From positions 21,330,001 to 21,394,000 of the forward strand of contig CM059432.1 in NCBI GenBank assembly GCA_030390025.1: a stretch of DNA of 64,000 nucleotides, given 5' to 3'. The stretch is from Squalus acanthias (lineage: Eukaryota). Position numbers and translations under genes: made by a program. This document shows, one piece after another, positions 23,881-36,686 of this stretch (position 1 is the stretch's first letter; each line of letters begins with the position of its first letter). Under the pieces are notes generated by a model. That model had not been told where the DNA came from, ran no database searches, and saw only the letters and a list, made by a program, of their open reading frames with translations.

Positions 23881-25649
23881 TTACAGTTTAACATCTAATC
23901 AACAAATCATGGACTTAAAAGATTCTCCAGATCTCTCTTTTACTCATATCCATCTTGTGGATAATTCTTACTAAACATGATTTCTCCTTAGCCCTCAATT
24001 GTCCCAATTCAGATTCCAGGTAACTCTCCACTTCAACTTCAATTTCAATCCCTCTAACAGGTACCAGTGTATTTAACTCTATTCTGATTGTTTCATTAAT
24101 TAGATAGTTTCTCGATGGAGTATGTGTCAATGCTTTAAAAGTTGTCTCGCTCTCCTGAGCCACATTAACCATTTCATGTTTTGCTGTTGTCAAGTAACTG
24201 AGCATGTCTGAGACCCGTTCTTCAGTGCAAATTCAACATACATTTCCAGATGGTAATCGCTTCATACGTAACAAATCACATTTGCACACTCATACCGGTA
24301 TTTCAATATCATGCCACATGTGCCTTTCTCGGGCTTTCAGGTATCTTATCATAAGATTGTCTTTGTTCGTCTTCCTCTGCATGGTCCCGATGTCTTGGAT
24401 AGTGGCCAGGCTATCATATTCAGTTTTCTTAAAAAGTTCATTATAGGCAGGGACACAAATGTCTCCAAGAGAAAGCTATCAATTTATTATTCTTAGCTAC
24501 ACTTTCCTGACTTTCACCAGAAAGTTTTTTTAAAATTCCCATTCAGCAGTGTAATTCTCCTGTTTCAATCTTACACCTTCAATCACTTCCTCTCTAATTA
24601 TTATTCATATCTCATTCATGAGCCCTGGAGAAACTTTACTGTCCAGTACAATATTTAAGATTGAAAACATAGATCAAACATTCTCACTAGGTCCAAGTTA
24701 TTAAAACTTTTTATTTATCATTATTTTAGAGGATCTTTTATTTTCCCAAAAGTAACCCAATATATATATAGTGCCTGAGTCCATTTTGTTATTACAACAT
24801 TATCCCAAAATCCAAACAGCAGTACTGTTGAATTGATAGGTTTTGTCAATGTTCAATTTCATTTCTATCAATTTATCTTATCAATTCCAATTTCAGAAAC
24901 AAATGATTACCAGGCTAGGTGGTTTATACAGTGTTTTAACATTAGAGACAGAAGTGCTGCAATTAGTTTACAAGGTAACTTCCATATAACAAAGGAAAGA
25001 AGAGACTCCATTGTGACTCTACTTAGAGCCCAAGGAGTTAATTTTTCAAATCATAATTTTCCTTCTGTCACTGTGGGGAAACATTAACTTAAAATTAATA
25101 ATGTCCAATATCTTTAAATGTCATCTAAAGTTGTTGCTCGGTGAACTTAATCAGCTGTCAGTGGAAAGGGTTAACTCCTTTGCAGGTCTTTAAGAAGGTG
25201 AGCGAAACATTGTCAGGTGCACGCAATTGCATCACTTCACATAAATTTAAAAAAACTTTCCCGATCCAAAAAAGCAGTTGTGTTTTCACACTTTAACTAA
25301 ACACGAACAGAACAGATAAAACAAAACAAAATAGCACATGCTTGCAGAAGCAGTAAATTACATCATATTTCTTATTGTCCTTTCTTCAGATGTCTTTCCA
25401 AAATACTGTAAAAACATTGAATATAACTGGAGAAAAATTAGTTTTTCACATTTAAGCAAATCAAATCAAACTGCGTTGGAAGATTTCACCATAGCAACCG
25501 CGACTCCAAGGTTAAATCTTAGACCGAAACTTAATCTTTTGTTAAACAAACTTTTTGTTGTTCTTCTCAGTTTTTACACACCAGCTTAACTTAAATTGTA
25601 GTTCAAAGTTTTTTTTTCTAATTCTTGGGGCACAATGCTTTCCCTGCAA

Positions 25650-25800
25650 AGTCTGATATAAAATTCCTGTCTATCCCTGACAGTAAAGGCAAATTTCCCT
25701 TGTGATTCCTCTGCCAATGGTATGGACCAGAACCCGTTCTGTATCCAAGACTGTAAATATTTCAAAATCTGGTTTCAGACCATTAAATATCTTATTCAAT
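25650..25800 (-). pseudogene. pol: Short retroviral RT remnant
   Basis: Manual translation LNKIFNGLKPDFEIFTVLD/NGFWSIPLAEESQGKFAFTVRDRQ with one frameshift. Confidence 0.8.
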
Positions 25801-26440
25801 GCGGTCTACACAAATTTACACCAACCAGAATTTCACCGTGCACAATGAAAGTCTGGTTTTTAATAGGTTAATTAACCTCAATAATTCCAATTCAATCCAG
25901 ATCAATTTAAAAAAAAAACTAACCAGTGTCAGTTGGAAAAGAAAGAAACCATAGTCACATTAACAAAGAAACAATTACCCATGACTTGTAAACATTCAAA
26001 TTAATTTTCTTTCCAGGCACATTGGCAACTGTGACTTCAAGGCTGAAGCTTATACCTCTTTTGTAAAACAATTAACAAACTTAAACCAACAACGCTTGAT
26101 TATCATTCAAGACAAGTCTTCAAAGGGTTAAACAGCTTTTAGCTCTCTGTACAAAAGAGTGGGTGGAGCTAAAACATAAACAAAATGACAGACACCTTTT
26201 TTTTTAGACAGATTTTTTCAGACAAAATAATACTGTAACTTAACAAACCTAAACATTCACAGTCAGTTTTTCTTTCACCCTTTTCACACACACTTTCACC
26301 AACTGAGATCCCAGTATTCCTTTTAAGATTCCTTTCACTCAACAAATCTTGTGTATTAGCTTTTATCTCGGCACAGACATTAATAACTTCCATGCCGATA
26401 AAACTTTAAATTTCTTCTTTTTTTACATTCCTTTCAGATT

Positions 26441-27032
26441 TCAATGTCGGTAAATTCCTTCTACATACACCTGTAGTCCCTTTTCTGAACAAATTATTGT
26501 TGCTTGCATTTTGCATAGCAAATCTCTCCCTAAAAGGTTCATAGGAGCATTGTCTGATAGGAGAAAGGCATGTTGGTCAGAGAAATTGTCTGCTTGTATT
26601 GAATAAATAGTATTCTGGTCCGTCGGTGTTGCGGAAGCTGCTTGCTCCATTAAGAGGGAAACTTTATTCTTTTGGTCCCTATTTCTCTCCTGAATTCCTT
26701 TCAGATTTTGTGTCAATTCAGGAGTTGTTTTATGTCTCCAATCTAGGCAGACTAAAGTCAGTGGTTCTTTAAGTTCTGTTCTGAGACCATTTACGAGGGC
26801 ATTGATTAAAGGAATCTGGTAATTTTCTTTGGTCATTCCAATTTGCGAGACAGTCCTCTAGACATGTAATTCTGTCTAGGTTAAAAGTTCCATCAATAGG
26901 GAACGGGTGTTTGTCATTCTTGGTCCATTTAGACCAATCAGACAAATCCCTTGTGGATGTCCGACCACAGTTCTGGAAGATGTAAAAAGCTGGAGTTCCT
27001 TTTTCTGGGATCTTACTCTGTGAAGTTCCCAT
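26441..27032 (-). pseudogene. gag: Internally deleted epsilon-like gag (MA and end of CA) fused to the protease C-terminus
   Basis: MGTSQSK myristoylation signal, FPIDGTFNLD, ALVNGLRTELK, then HAFLLSDNAPMNLLGRDLLCK. Confidence 0.85.
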
Positions 27033-27760
27033 CTTAGTAAAGTTTTAATTATACTAGGCACTCTTCTTCTAAATCGCAAGTTTCACCCTTTACCCCCTTA
27101 CGATTATTTCTGACCATCCAAAGTTCTACAAGACAATAACAAGAACTAACAACAATCAAGACAATTATAAGTAAGATGTAAAAGCCCAAACAGGCAAACA
27201 AATCAAGTAATCAAACATTTAACCTTATACTTTAAACTAAACAAATAGTCAATTCTCAGTTTTGCATTGTTCTCCACTACAAACTGAGTCCTTAACATTT
27301 AACTTATAGTCTATACTCTGCCGCGAGATTCTTTTTTTTTTCTTCTTTCACGGCTCAAGGGGCCCACCCTTGATACTGCAGTTTTAATCTTTTATCTAAA
27401 CCTTTCTGCAGTTTTAATCTTTTAGCGCTTTCTCATAACCTGGTACCTTTACTCAGTCCGGGATACAACCCTGTCGACTTTTTCCCTTGCCTCTTTTGCC
27501 CGATAGTTTTGAAACTTGAGCTGTCAGTATCCTCCTCCTTTTTTTTAACGTTAAAAAAGCAAAAGCTACAAGATTCAACTCAAATCTAAAACACAAGTCT
27601 TAACAATCGCAGTACTCCTGTCGGAAGAAACAGACCACACCAATTCAGTATCTAATGAGAAATCCTTTTTTTGTGATAAAACATCACTGTGGCCATTCAG
27701 GATTTGTCACTAGAAATTCATGGTGTCTTTTGTCCGTGACTTACCGAAAGGTAGCAAGCG

Positions 27761-27778
27761 ATCTCGGTGGGACCTCCA
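27761..27778 (-). promoter_or_regulatory. Primer-binding site, tRNA-Gln
   Basis: TGGAGGTCCCACCGAGAT, the 18-nt complement of the tRNA-Gln 3' end; GTAAGT donor at 27744-27739 just downstream. Confidence 0.93.
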
Positions 27779-27786
27779 AGAAATAC

Positions 27787-28315
27787 TGTCGAAGTTTCGA
27801 CTTCCAAGTAAGACTCTTTAAACAATATCATCAAAGAAGGCTTTATTATTTACTTTACTTGCAAGGAGAATGCAATCATAGCCAAATAGCTACGATGACA
27901 GACTGAAGAAATCACAGAAAATGGAAGATCTTATACACTGAAAACACAAGCTTCCCATATCACATGACATGTTGTTTAAGGTAAGCTAAGTTACGAGTTA
28001 AAAAACATAAGAAATGCCTTACAATGAGACTAGCTAATCTCTACAAAATGGAGTCTGTTTGTCTGTTCTTCTCCCACCAAGGCCAAGGCACCTGGCTGTT
28101 TACTTCACTATTCCTTGGTTATCTCAAGTTGATTAGAAGAAGCATAATTTGTTCTGTACTATGAAAACAACATAGTCTGCAAAGTTTAATTTCATTTCCA
28201 TGAGAAGTCATAAACAACTTCTTTCTTTATTCAATACAAGTCAGAGTCGGCCATTTTGGATCACTCTTTGTGTCTAGGCAGCCATTTTGTCCGAGACAAA
28301 AACTGCACTTCCACA
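27787..28315 (-). repeat. 5' LTR (529 bp)
   Basis: Matches 20640-21151 except about 6 substitutions and a 17-bp indel (counted by eye). Confidence 0.97.
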
Positions 28316-29834
28316 CCCGCTGTGCCTAGACCTCGTCTGTGAAGCTGAGGCGGGAGGTCACTTGCCATTGAATCAGCTGATGAGTTGTCAGCTTCAAATG
28401 TCAAGTCAAAACTCCCAGCTGATTGAGAAATCTTCCCTTAACCACTAGCTTCTCTAAACTGCATTTTCACTACAGATTCAGAATGCTGCAAGTCTTTACA
28501 CAGGTCTCCATCCAGTCTGACCTCATTACTTCTCCCACCATTGGCAGATCACTTCTGTCATCTTTACTTCACCTGCCATCTATTCCATCAGCATGGGTGC
28601 CCTTGAAACTCTCTCACCTTGGTCCTCAGTATCCTATCACGATCAGCCCCAACACCAGCAGCACCAGGCACACCAGCAGCACCAACAACAACACCACCAA
28701 ATTTCCCCGCAATCACCTAATGATGCACAGGATAGAGGGCATCAGCACCCGACCACATTGCTGCCCGGAAGGCCAAGGGTGGCTTCACCATGGTCACATT
28801 TACTTCATTTGATGCTGTACACCCTGGCTGCCACATGATGTGCCAGGTTGGTACCACCCCCCACAAACACCATAAAGCATCCCTGCAATGCCCAAGCCAT
28901 TCCATTCACACTCATCACCATTGCGGGGGGTACCGTTATGTCTCACCATTCACTGCAACTCACTACGCCACTTCCAAAGGTGCACACAAATCTGTCCAAG
29001 AATACAAAGTGTTGAAAAAAAAGTTTCAATGTTTGACACCACATTAACAGAAACTTTACATGAACATTGCATAAAACATCCAAATGCCTACCCTTGTGTG
29101 TTGTTAGTTGGTATGATTGCACTAGGATGAGGGTGAGTGTGAGGGGTGGCTAGTGAAATGGGGATGTGATAATGTAGATAGAGAGGGATGGGTGGAGGTG
29201 CAAGGTAAGTTGGTGTGAGTAAGGATATGCAGGAGTAGGGTAGGGAAGGTAGAGTGATGGGGATGTGATGAGAGGCACAGCAGGATGCAGGTGAGTGTGG
29301 CTTTGTACTAACGTTTCGTGATCTACTGAGATCATTGAAAGGTTTGCGGCACTGCACCCAGGTACTCCTGATGACATCCCTGCTTGTGCCCTCCTGTGCA
29401 ATGTGCAACCAGGCTGTGTTGATCTCCTGGGGAGGTGTCTTCCGCCCATGGGAAGTGAAAAGGACCTCCCCACATGCTGTGACTCCCTCTATAAGCATAT
29501 GGAGGGAGTCATGGGAGAACCCGGGTGCAGCCCTGCGCCTCTGTGCAGTGCTTGTCAGTGTTTGCAGCACCTCAATGCTGTTGAACACTGACAGCACAAC
29601 TGTCAAAATAAAGTTGGCCATGGTCCCTTTAAGGAAACCGGCTGATGACGCATCATCAAATGACGTCACCAGACCCGCTTTCTCTAATTGGTTGGGAAAT
29701 GCACTGGGCGGGCTTAACAAGCCCTATCAAGGGAAATTTATTTCAGAGGCCGGGATGGAGCCAGCAGCGGTTTCGGGACCCGCCACCAACGTTGCCCACC
29801 ACGGACCCGCTGAGCTTAGTAAAATCGCGGCCAA

Positions 29835-30292
29835 TGTATTTATGGCACAGAAACAGGCCACTCAGTCCAACAAAGCCAGTGTTTATGTTCCACACAGCCT
29901 CCTCCCACCCTTCTTCATCTAACCCCATCAACATATCCTTCTATTCCTTTCTCCCTCATGTGCTTATCTAAATTCTCCTTAAATGCATGTATGCTATTTG
30001 CCTCAACTACTCCTTGTGGTAGCGAGTTCCACATTCTAACCATTCTCTGGGTAATGAGGTTTCTCCTGAATTCCCTATTGGATTTATTAGCGACCATCTT
30101 ATATTTATGGCCCCTAGTTCTGGTCTCGCCCGCAAGCGGAATCATCCTCTCTATGTCTACGCTATCAAAATCCTTCATAATCTTAAACACCTCTATCAGG
30201 GCATGCCTTAGTCTTCTCTTTTCTAGAGAAAAGAGCTCCAGCCTGTTCAATCTTTCCTGAGAGGTATAAGCTCTCAGTTTTGGTATCATTCT
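29835..30292 (-). mobile_element. CR1 LINE 3' fragment
   Basis: RLELFSLEKRRLR, TRGHKYK, WNSLPQ. Confidence 0.9.
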
Positions 30293-31023
30293 ATGTAACT
30301 GTAATGTCACACATGTCACCATGTGCACTTCTCCAATCTTCTGACTGGTAGACTGTTTAACGCTTTAGAGACAAGGCCAAATATAAATTGTCAAACTGCT
30401 TTATTTTAGAAACAGCAAGGGAATGCACAGAATACCATTTATTGTAAATCGCACCTTACTTTAACTTAATTCTGTAACATCCTTTGCAACATAAGAAATA
30501 ACAAAATACACCATGCTATCCTTGTTAGTGAACAAAGTGGACTCTTCTACCAGAGAATTCTTTGAAACTAGTTGGCGCTGAACTTAGGTGAGAAACCTTT
30601 CTCTCTCTCTCTAGGTATAGCTGCCTCACTAGCTCGCCCTGACTGTCACAGACCATTTGATTCTTTGTCCCTTTGGCCGGACAGGAAGCCAAGGGCTTGA
30701 CCTCTGACCTTCTTCCAGCTTTCTGCGGCCGGGGATTGACCAGCTGACCTGGCAATTAAACAAGCTACTGCCCTCCTAGGTAAGGGTCCTCTGCAACTAT
30801 CTCTGCGCCTCTCAAATAAATAGGTCACCTTAACATAAGTGGATGTTGACTGGAATGTGTAGGTGTTCCTCCATTGTCTAAGGTTGAAGTCGTATGCAGG
30901 ACGCACCATTTCACTGGCTGGTTTAAGATTTATGATGTGAGCATGCCCTGTGCGCATGCCTACCAGCTCTCTCATTGCTGAGTTGCACAGCAAAGCTTTC
31001 TCTCATACAGCATGACCCACTAC

Positions 31024-31183
31024 GGGTGAAATTCATCTTGGGTGGCAGTGAAAAACAGGCAATAGCGAATCAACAGCTAATCTTTTCGCTGTGGAAACGG
31101 TCAGGCGGAGTGTAAAATGGGCTATCTATTGGCTACTGCCCAACAACAATTGTATTTGTATTGCCCAAGGCCAATTTCACCAC
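31024..31183. mobile_element. Short Harbinger-type MITE, same family as 50017-50187
   Basis: gggtgaaattcatcttggg ... cccaaggccaatttcacc inverted termini. Confidence 0.55.
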
Positions 31184-31329
31184 CACAGCCTTCAGAACAG
31201 GAAGGGGAGAACTTGGAAGACAAAAGTCTTCAATTTATCATTAGGTTACTATTTATTTTGCATACCGATGACTGACAACAGACAACTAGGAATAATTGGT
31301 TTCATTATTCACTTTTTTGGTGTATTTGC

Positions 31330-31800
31330 ACATAAGACTTACAAGACTGGTTCCAGGGATGATGGACTTCAGTTACACGGATAGACTGGAGAAGCTGGGG
31401 TTGTTCTCCTTAGAGCAGAGAAAGTTGAGAGGAGATTTGACAGAGGTGTTCAAAATCATGAGGGGTCTGGACAGAGTAGATAGAGAGAAACTGTTCTCAT
31501 TGGCGGAGGGGTCCAGAACCAGAGGACACAGATTTAAGGTGATTGGCAGAAGAACCAAAGGCGACATGAGGCAAAACTTTTTTACGCAGCGAGTTTTTAG
31601 GATCTGAAATGTACTGCCTGAAAGGGTGGTGGAGGCAGATTCAATTGTGGCTTTCAAAAGGGAATTGGATAAGTACCCGAAGGAAAAAAAAATGCAGGGC
31701 TACGGGGAAAGGGCGGGGGAGTGGGACTAGCTGAAGTGCAGAGATCCGGCATGGGCTTGACAGGCTGAATGGCCTCCTTCTGTGCTGTAACCATTCGATG
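31330..31800 (+). mobile_element. CR1 LINE 3' fragment
   Basis: TRLVPGM, LFSLEQRKLRGD, TRGHRFK; very similar to 4740-5180. Confidence 0.92.
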
Positions 31801-31809
31801 ATAAGAAAA

Positions 31810-32230
31810 TAGGACTTGCATTTATATCGCATTTTATCATACGCTCAGGAAATTCCAAAGCACTTCACAACAAACTTTTGAAGTGCAAGTCACTCTTATT
31901 ATGTAGGCATACACAACAGTCAGTTTGCACTTACCAAGGTCCCACAAACAACAAATGAGATGAATGACTAGTTCCTGGTGGTGTTGGTTGTCGAGGGAAC
32001 ATTGGCCATCAGAAAAATTTCTTACACTTCAGATAGTGCCACGGGATCTTTACATCTACCTGACTGACAGACAGGACCTCGTTTTAACATCTCATCTGAA
32101 AGCTGGCGACACTCACAGTGCAGCAATCCCTCCGCATTACAGTGTCACCCTAGATTACCTGCTCAAGTCCAAAGGTTGGCCTTGAACCCACAGTATTCTG
32201 ACCTACAGATGAGATTACTCAGTCAAGGTG
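31810..32230 (-). mobile_element. Decayed SINE with L2-type tail
   Basis: acttgcatttatat tail at 31815; B-box-like GGTTCAAG on minus near 32185. Confidence 0.45.
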
Positions 32231-34569
32231 ACAGACAGGTAAATATGTAAGAAAGAAAACAGGATGAAAAGCTGAGTTCTAAGGCAAAAATTTGATTGTT
32301 ATACTGGAACACTGGAATGTTTTTGAAAACTGTAGTCCGTTCTGGCAGAAAATAGGGAGTTTTATCGAAGTATTTGAGAGGAATAAGAAAATGCTAGTTA
32401 ATTATAACCTTGACTCCTGTTAATGCAGCTGATAGAGCAATTCTTCCCCGCAATGTTAGCTTATTCTCTGTGACAAGGTCATTAGTCCATGTGATGTATG
32501 ATTATTCCATGTGACAGTGTAATTCTTCCACCGTACCAGGTAATTCCAACTCAAGGTTCTGTAAAGACTACAAATGCTCGAGCTTATTGCGCAGTGCCTC
32601 AGTTTTACAGCCAGCTTCAGGCACAAGGCACCAAGCCACTCCAATTATGTGCGGGCTCCAAAATTACAGGGTGGGGAAATCGTGAGAGACACTTAACGCA
32701 TGTTATTTTAGCGGGGGTGGTGACCCGTGGTTTAAAATAAAGGGGTTAACGTCGCCACTAAAATAAGGGAGAGGGGAATTTCAGACAGACGTGGTAAGCC
32801 TTCATATGCGGTTATTCACAGGTTATTTTCTAAGCTATACGCCCTGGAAATTCCTGGGTTCCTGATGCGGTGGCATAAGTGCCGCTGAAATCGAAGGAGG
32901 CCGAAATCCCGGGTCAGATCATTTAAATAAGATTGGCAGGTCAAGGGACCAATAATGCAACAGTCCCTGTACTATTGGATGTGGAGGCCTGAGGCCCATA
33001 ATGTGCCTGAGGCAACCAGCACATCCCAATGTAGGTGGTGAGTGCAGAGGTGGCTGGCAGTATGCTCACAAGTTGCACACTAGGCTCATTAGGATCCTGA
33101 CTTTTCTGTAAAGACGGCAGCCACGATATAGTGTGGTTGGAATGTCTGAACTGAGCCATGCAGCGGCTGTTTGCAAAGGGCACTGAGAAGGAGGCCATTG
33201 TTTAAAGCTAAATTCCCGCCCACCGTCGCTGCTGCCCCAGCACCCACGACCCGCTGGGGCAAGCAAGCGCCCTTACCCATGCTCCCGTGTCTTCCTGTTC
33301 TCCCTACCCCTTGCCATCCTACCCAGTGCTCTCATCTCCACATTGGAAAATTGCCCGGTGCACAATGGCAAGCTTCACTGGCTCTTGGTGCCTGACATTG
33401 CAGCCCTGGCACTCCTGTCACATTATGGGTGACACACTTGCGAACTAATTGATGTTGTGTTATCTGGCGAGGTCAACCCATTAGTACACAAGTGCATGCA
33501 GCATCTGCGTTGGTGTCACCGTGCATGGGGTGGATCATCTGCCTTTCATTGTCTTATCAGAAATTTCTCAAACTTTAAAAAAAAAACATTCGTAGGATTT
33601 CATTGCAAACCTGTGAAGGGGTGGAACTTCAAACCATCTCAAGAGCAGCTCCAGAACAGCTGATTTTGTAAACCCAATGCTGAAAAGATTGGGAACCCAG
33701 ATGACCCAGTCTATGGTGTTGTTTCTTGATGTCAAATGGCTTTGGAGAGTCCCTCAGGTCGGTTTGAAATTGTTGACCCTACCACCGTTTTCAATATAGC
33801 CACTTCAACTTGGGAAAGCTCCTTATATTTGACATCACTTGAGTGACCCAGCAGAGTAGGAGACCTTGCTGGAGGATCTCAGTGATGAAGACTGACAAAA
33901 GTCAAAGACATTTCTGGTAAGTTTGTTATTTTCATCTATAGTGAAGAGGGAATGCTCTGAAGCATCCCTTTTATACCTACCTTCCACTTTAAGATTTCCT
34001 CTGCTGTAGCCCTGAAACTGTGGGGCTGATTTTCATCTTGCTACTGCCCCTTTTATGCACATTATCAAAAATGTGTTTAGAATGCATGTACGTAAACGCA
34101 CAAAGTGTGGTGAATAAGGTTGGTGAGCTACAAGCACAATTAGTCGTGTGGCAATATGATGTTGTGGCAATAACGGAAACTTGGCTTAAAAACGGTGAGG
34201 ACTGGGCACTTAGGGGTAGAAATTAGGTCGCGCCCCATTTGGGGCGCAAATATCGTCCGAGCGCAAATATTAGCGCCTGGCGCTAATTATCGGCACTGAC
34301 AGGAAACTTCACTTTTACCGCCCCGGGAGGTGAGTGGAGCGCTAAATTAGGCGCTGCACACCTCTCTTAAGGCGCAAAGGCCTAGGAGTGAGGCGCTACC
34401 TCAGCGCACGAGCGCAGCGCAGCTGCTGCCAGTTAGCGAGAGAACACAGACACACTGGCGCCGGACACTTCTTAAAGCGGGTGGGGCCACTTGCTCCCCA
34501 GCCACACCCTGCTCATTGCAGCCTTGAATCTCAGCCTGGAGAGACCTGTAATCCATTTTGCTGCCAAGC

Positions 34570-36392
34570 ATGGAGAGGGTGAGAGAACGCGCTCATCGCT
34601 TCACCGAGCGGGCCTTGGATGCTCTGGTTGGCGCAGTGGAGCGCAGACGATGCATGCTGTTCCCGGAGAGTGGCAGGAGGCCTTTGCCACGCGAGTTCAG
34701 AAGAGTGTGGAGGGAGGTGGCTCAGAGCGTCTCCTCCAGGAGCATGGTGCCCAGGACCCATGTTCAGTGCCGCAAAAAATTCAACGACCTCACTCGGGTC
34801 GTCAGGGTGAGTGGCTTTTTCTCAATACCTCTCCATCCCTCCATCTCAACCTCACTATATGGCCAGAGGGTCTTAAAACCCCAATGCACAACACTCATGC
34901 AACACCTATGGCCCTTTCATCAAACACACACACACATTCCACACTTTGCATACAGTAAGGGCTATTCACCTATGGGAGGCACATCAGGCAAGACCATGGC
35001 TGCATATTGTAAGGGCTATTCACCTATGGGAGGCACATCAGGCAAGACCATGGCTGTATATTTACTCAGATGCTGTCCTTTTTCTTGCAGGCTAAGCTGG
35101 CTCATAATCGGAGACAGCAGCAACGGACGGGTGGAGGGTGGCTTCAGCTGCAACCCCTCAGCGATCTGGAGGAGCGCGTCCACAGGATTGTGGCAAGCCG
35201 GGTGATCGGTCGCGTCGCCACTGGGGACGCCGACCCCGTTGTGGACAGCAATGGTAAGGTCATCACCTTTTTGTCCTCTGTCCTTCCACTTGTCCCTCAC
35301 AATACCAGCCTTTGACACTTTCAATCCAACTTGCTAACTCGCTGCACTTATTCCTCCCTTACTGCCACCCTGTCCTCACGCTAAAGCCACTCTTGTACCT
35401 CCCTGCTTTCAGATGGTGATTCACCAGCTGAGGAGATGGTCCCTGAAGCTGCCACTGGGAGTGATGCTGCAGCTGAGGATGAAGAGGAAGCCGGAGCATC
35501 AGTGCCACCCTCTCCCGAGGAAGCCCATGGCCACACTGGGAACACGCCTTCCCCGGAGGGGAGCAGGGGGGAAGGGGCTGATGATGGTGAAGCTCCAGGA
35601 CCCAGCGGGCTGCAGCAACGCCATGGGGGGGGGAGGGAAGAACGGGAGCCTTCTCCCCAGAGGGAGAGTATGCCAGACACTCCTACTGCAATGGACGCAG
35701 AGGAGGAGCGGCTGATTGCAGAAATGAACAGCCAGGCGGTGGGCATGCACACTGAGCTCATGGGTGCAGTGGGAAGGGTGCCCGAATGCATTGAGGCACT
35801 GGCAAGGAGTATGGAGCACTTCGCTGTAGCACAGGCGGATGCCACACTAAAGCTTAGTGCTGCAATTCAGTCACTGGTTGCCAGGAACCCATCTGAGACT
35901 GCTCTCATGCAGACTCAGATTGAGGCCACGCGAGCACTGACTGCTGCCATCCTCGATGGTTCGTGCACATGTCCCCGGGGCTGTCACCGCGCCGCAGCAG
36001 GCCAGCAATCTGTTCTCCGGCAAATTGCTCCGGATGCTGAAGTGCTGCCCCGTGGGAGTGCCAGTGTGTCGGGCGAGCAGGGAGTTGCTGTCCTCTCTCA
36101 CGATGACAGCATTCCTGCAGCCAACACTGTCACTTCTCCACTGCACTTGCCACCGCCTGTAGGACAGACTGCTGCCGCCCATGCAGAGTTGGTGCAGTCT
36201 GCAGCCGGGCCCTCCAGGCCCAGAAGTGGTCGAGGCCGTCCTTCAGGGGCATCTGCAGTGTCAGGGTCTGACGAGCAGCAGCCTTCCACCAGCCTTGCTG
36301 CAGCCACTGAGGTCCCATTACGGAGGAGCAGTAGGGTTAGAAGGGGGGAAGTGCGCAAGGGAAGGAGATCACCCTCGAAGGGCAAAAAGTAG
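34570..36392 (+). CDS. Harbinger Myb/SANT-like DNA-binding protein, 3 predicted exons (34570-34806, 35091-35253, 35413-36392), 459 aa
   Basis: RAHRFTERALDALV...WREVAQSV...QCRKKFNDL; GT-AG introns of phase 0 and 1 give an uninterrupted frame; basic NLS-like C-terminus. Confidence 0.85.
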
Positions 36393-36686
36393 GAGGTGTG
36401 CCAAAATGCTGGTCATTTTTTTATTAAAGGCCGAGGTTCATGGCCCAACTTTTGTTTAGTGTTTTGGACATTATCTCCAGGTTGTGAGAACCAGTTATGT
36501 TATTGACTGTTTTTTTGTGTTTATTTCTATGAGTTTGTCATGAGGAATTGACACACACAGAGTTTGTACAATAAATAAGTTTCTGTATTCAAAATATACA
36601 TGGCTGGTGGTTGGAATTATTGGTGCCTTGGCCGGCTTAGGGGTTGCGTGCTGGGTTGATTCGTGTTTGTAGCAATGGCAGGGGCC

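Larger units (their letters stand above)
20640..28315 (-). mobile_element. Two-LTR non-autonomous endogenous retrovirus (class I, epsilon/gamma-like), internally deleted and apparently chimeric
   Basis: TG...CA LTR pair, CCCG TSD (20636-20639 and 28316-28319), Gln PBS, PPT, gag/pro/RT/env remnants. Confidence 0.96.
20412..29832. mobile_element. Non-autonomous Harbinger element hosting the second ERV
   Basis: Imperfect TIRs (tggcgcgatt ... aaatcgcggcc); Myb/SANT remnant on minus at ~29315-29545 (RAAPGFSHDSL...AWLHIAQE...WVQCRKPFNDL). Confidence 0.6.

Noticed and set aside
30295..30836. Possible solo LTR (TGTAA...TAACA)
   Set aside because: No TSD or partner copy; boundaries arbitrary
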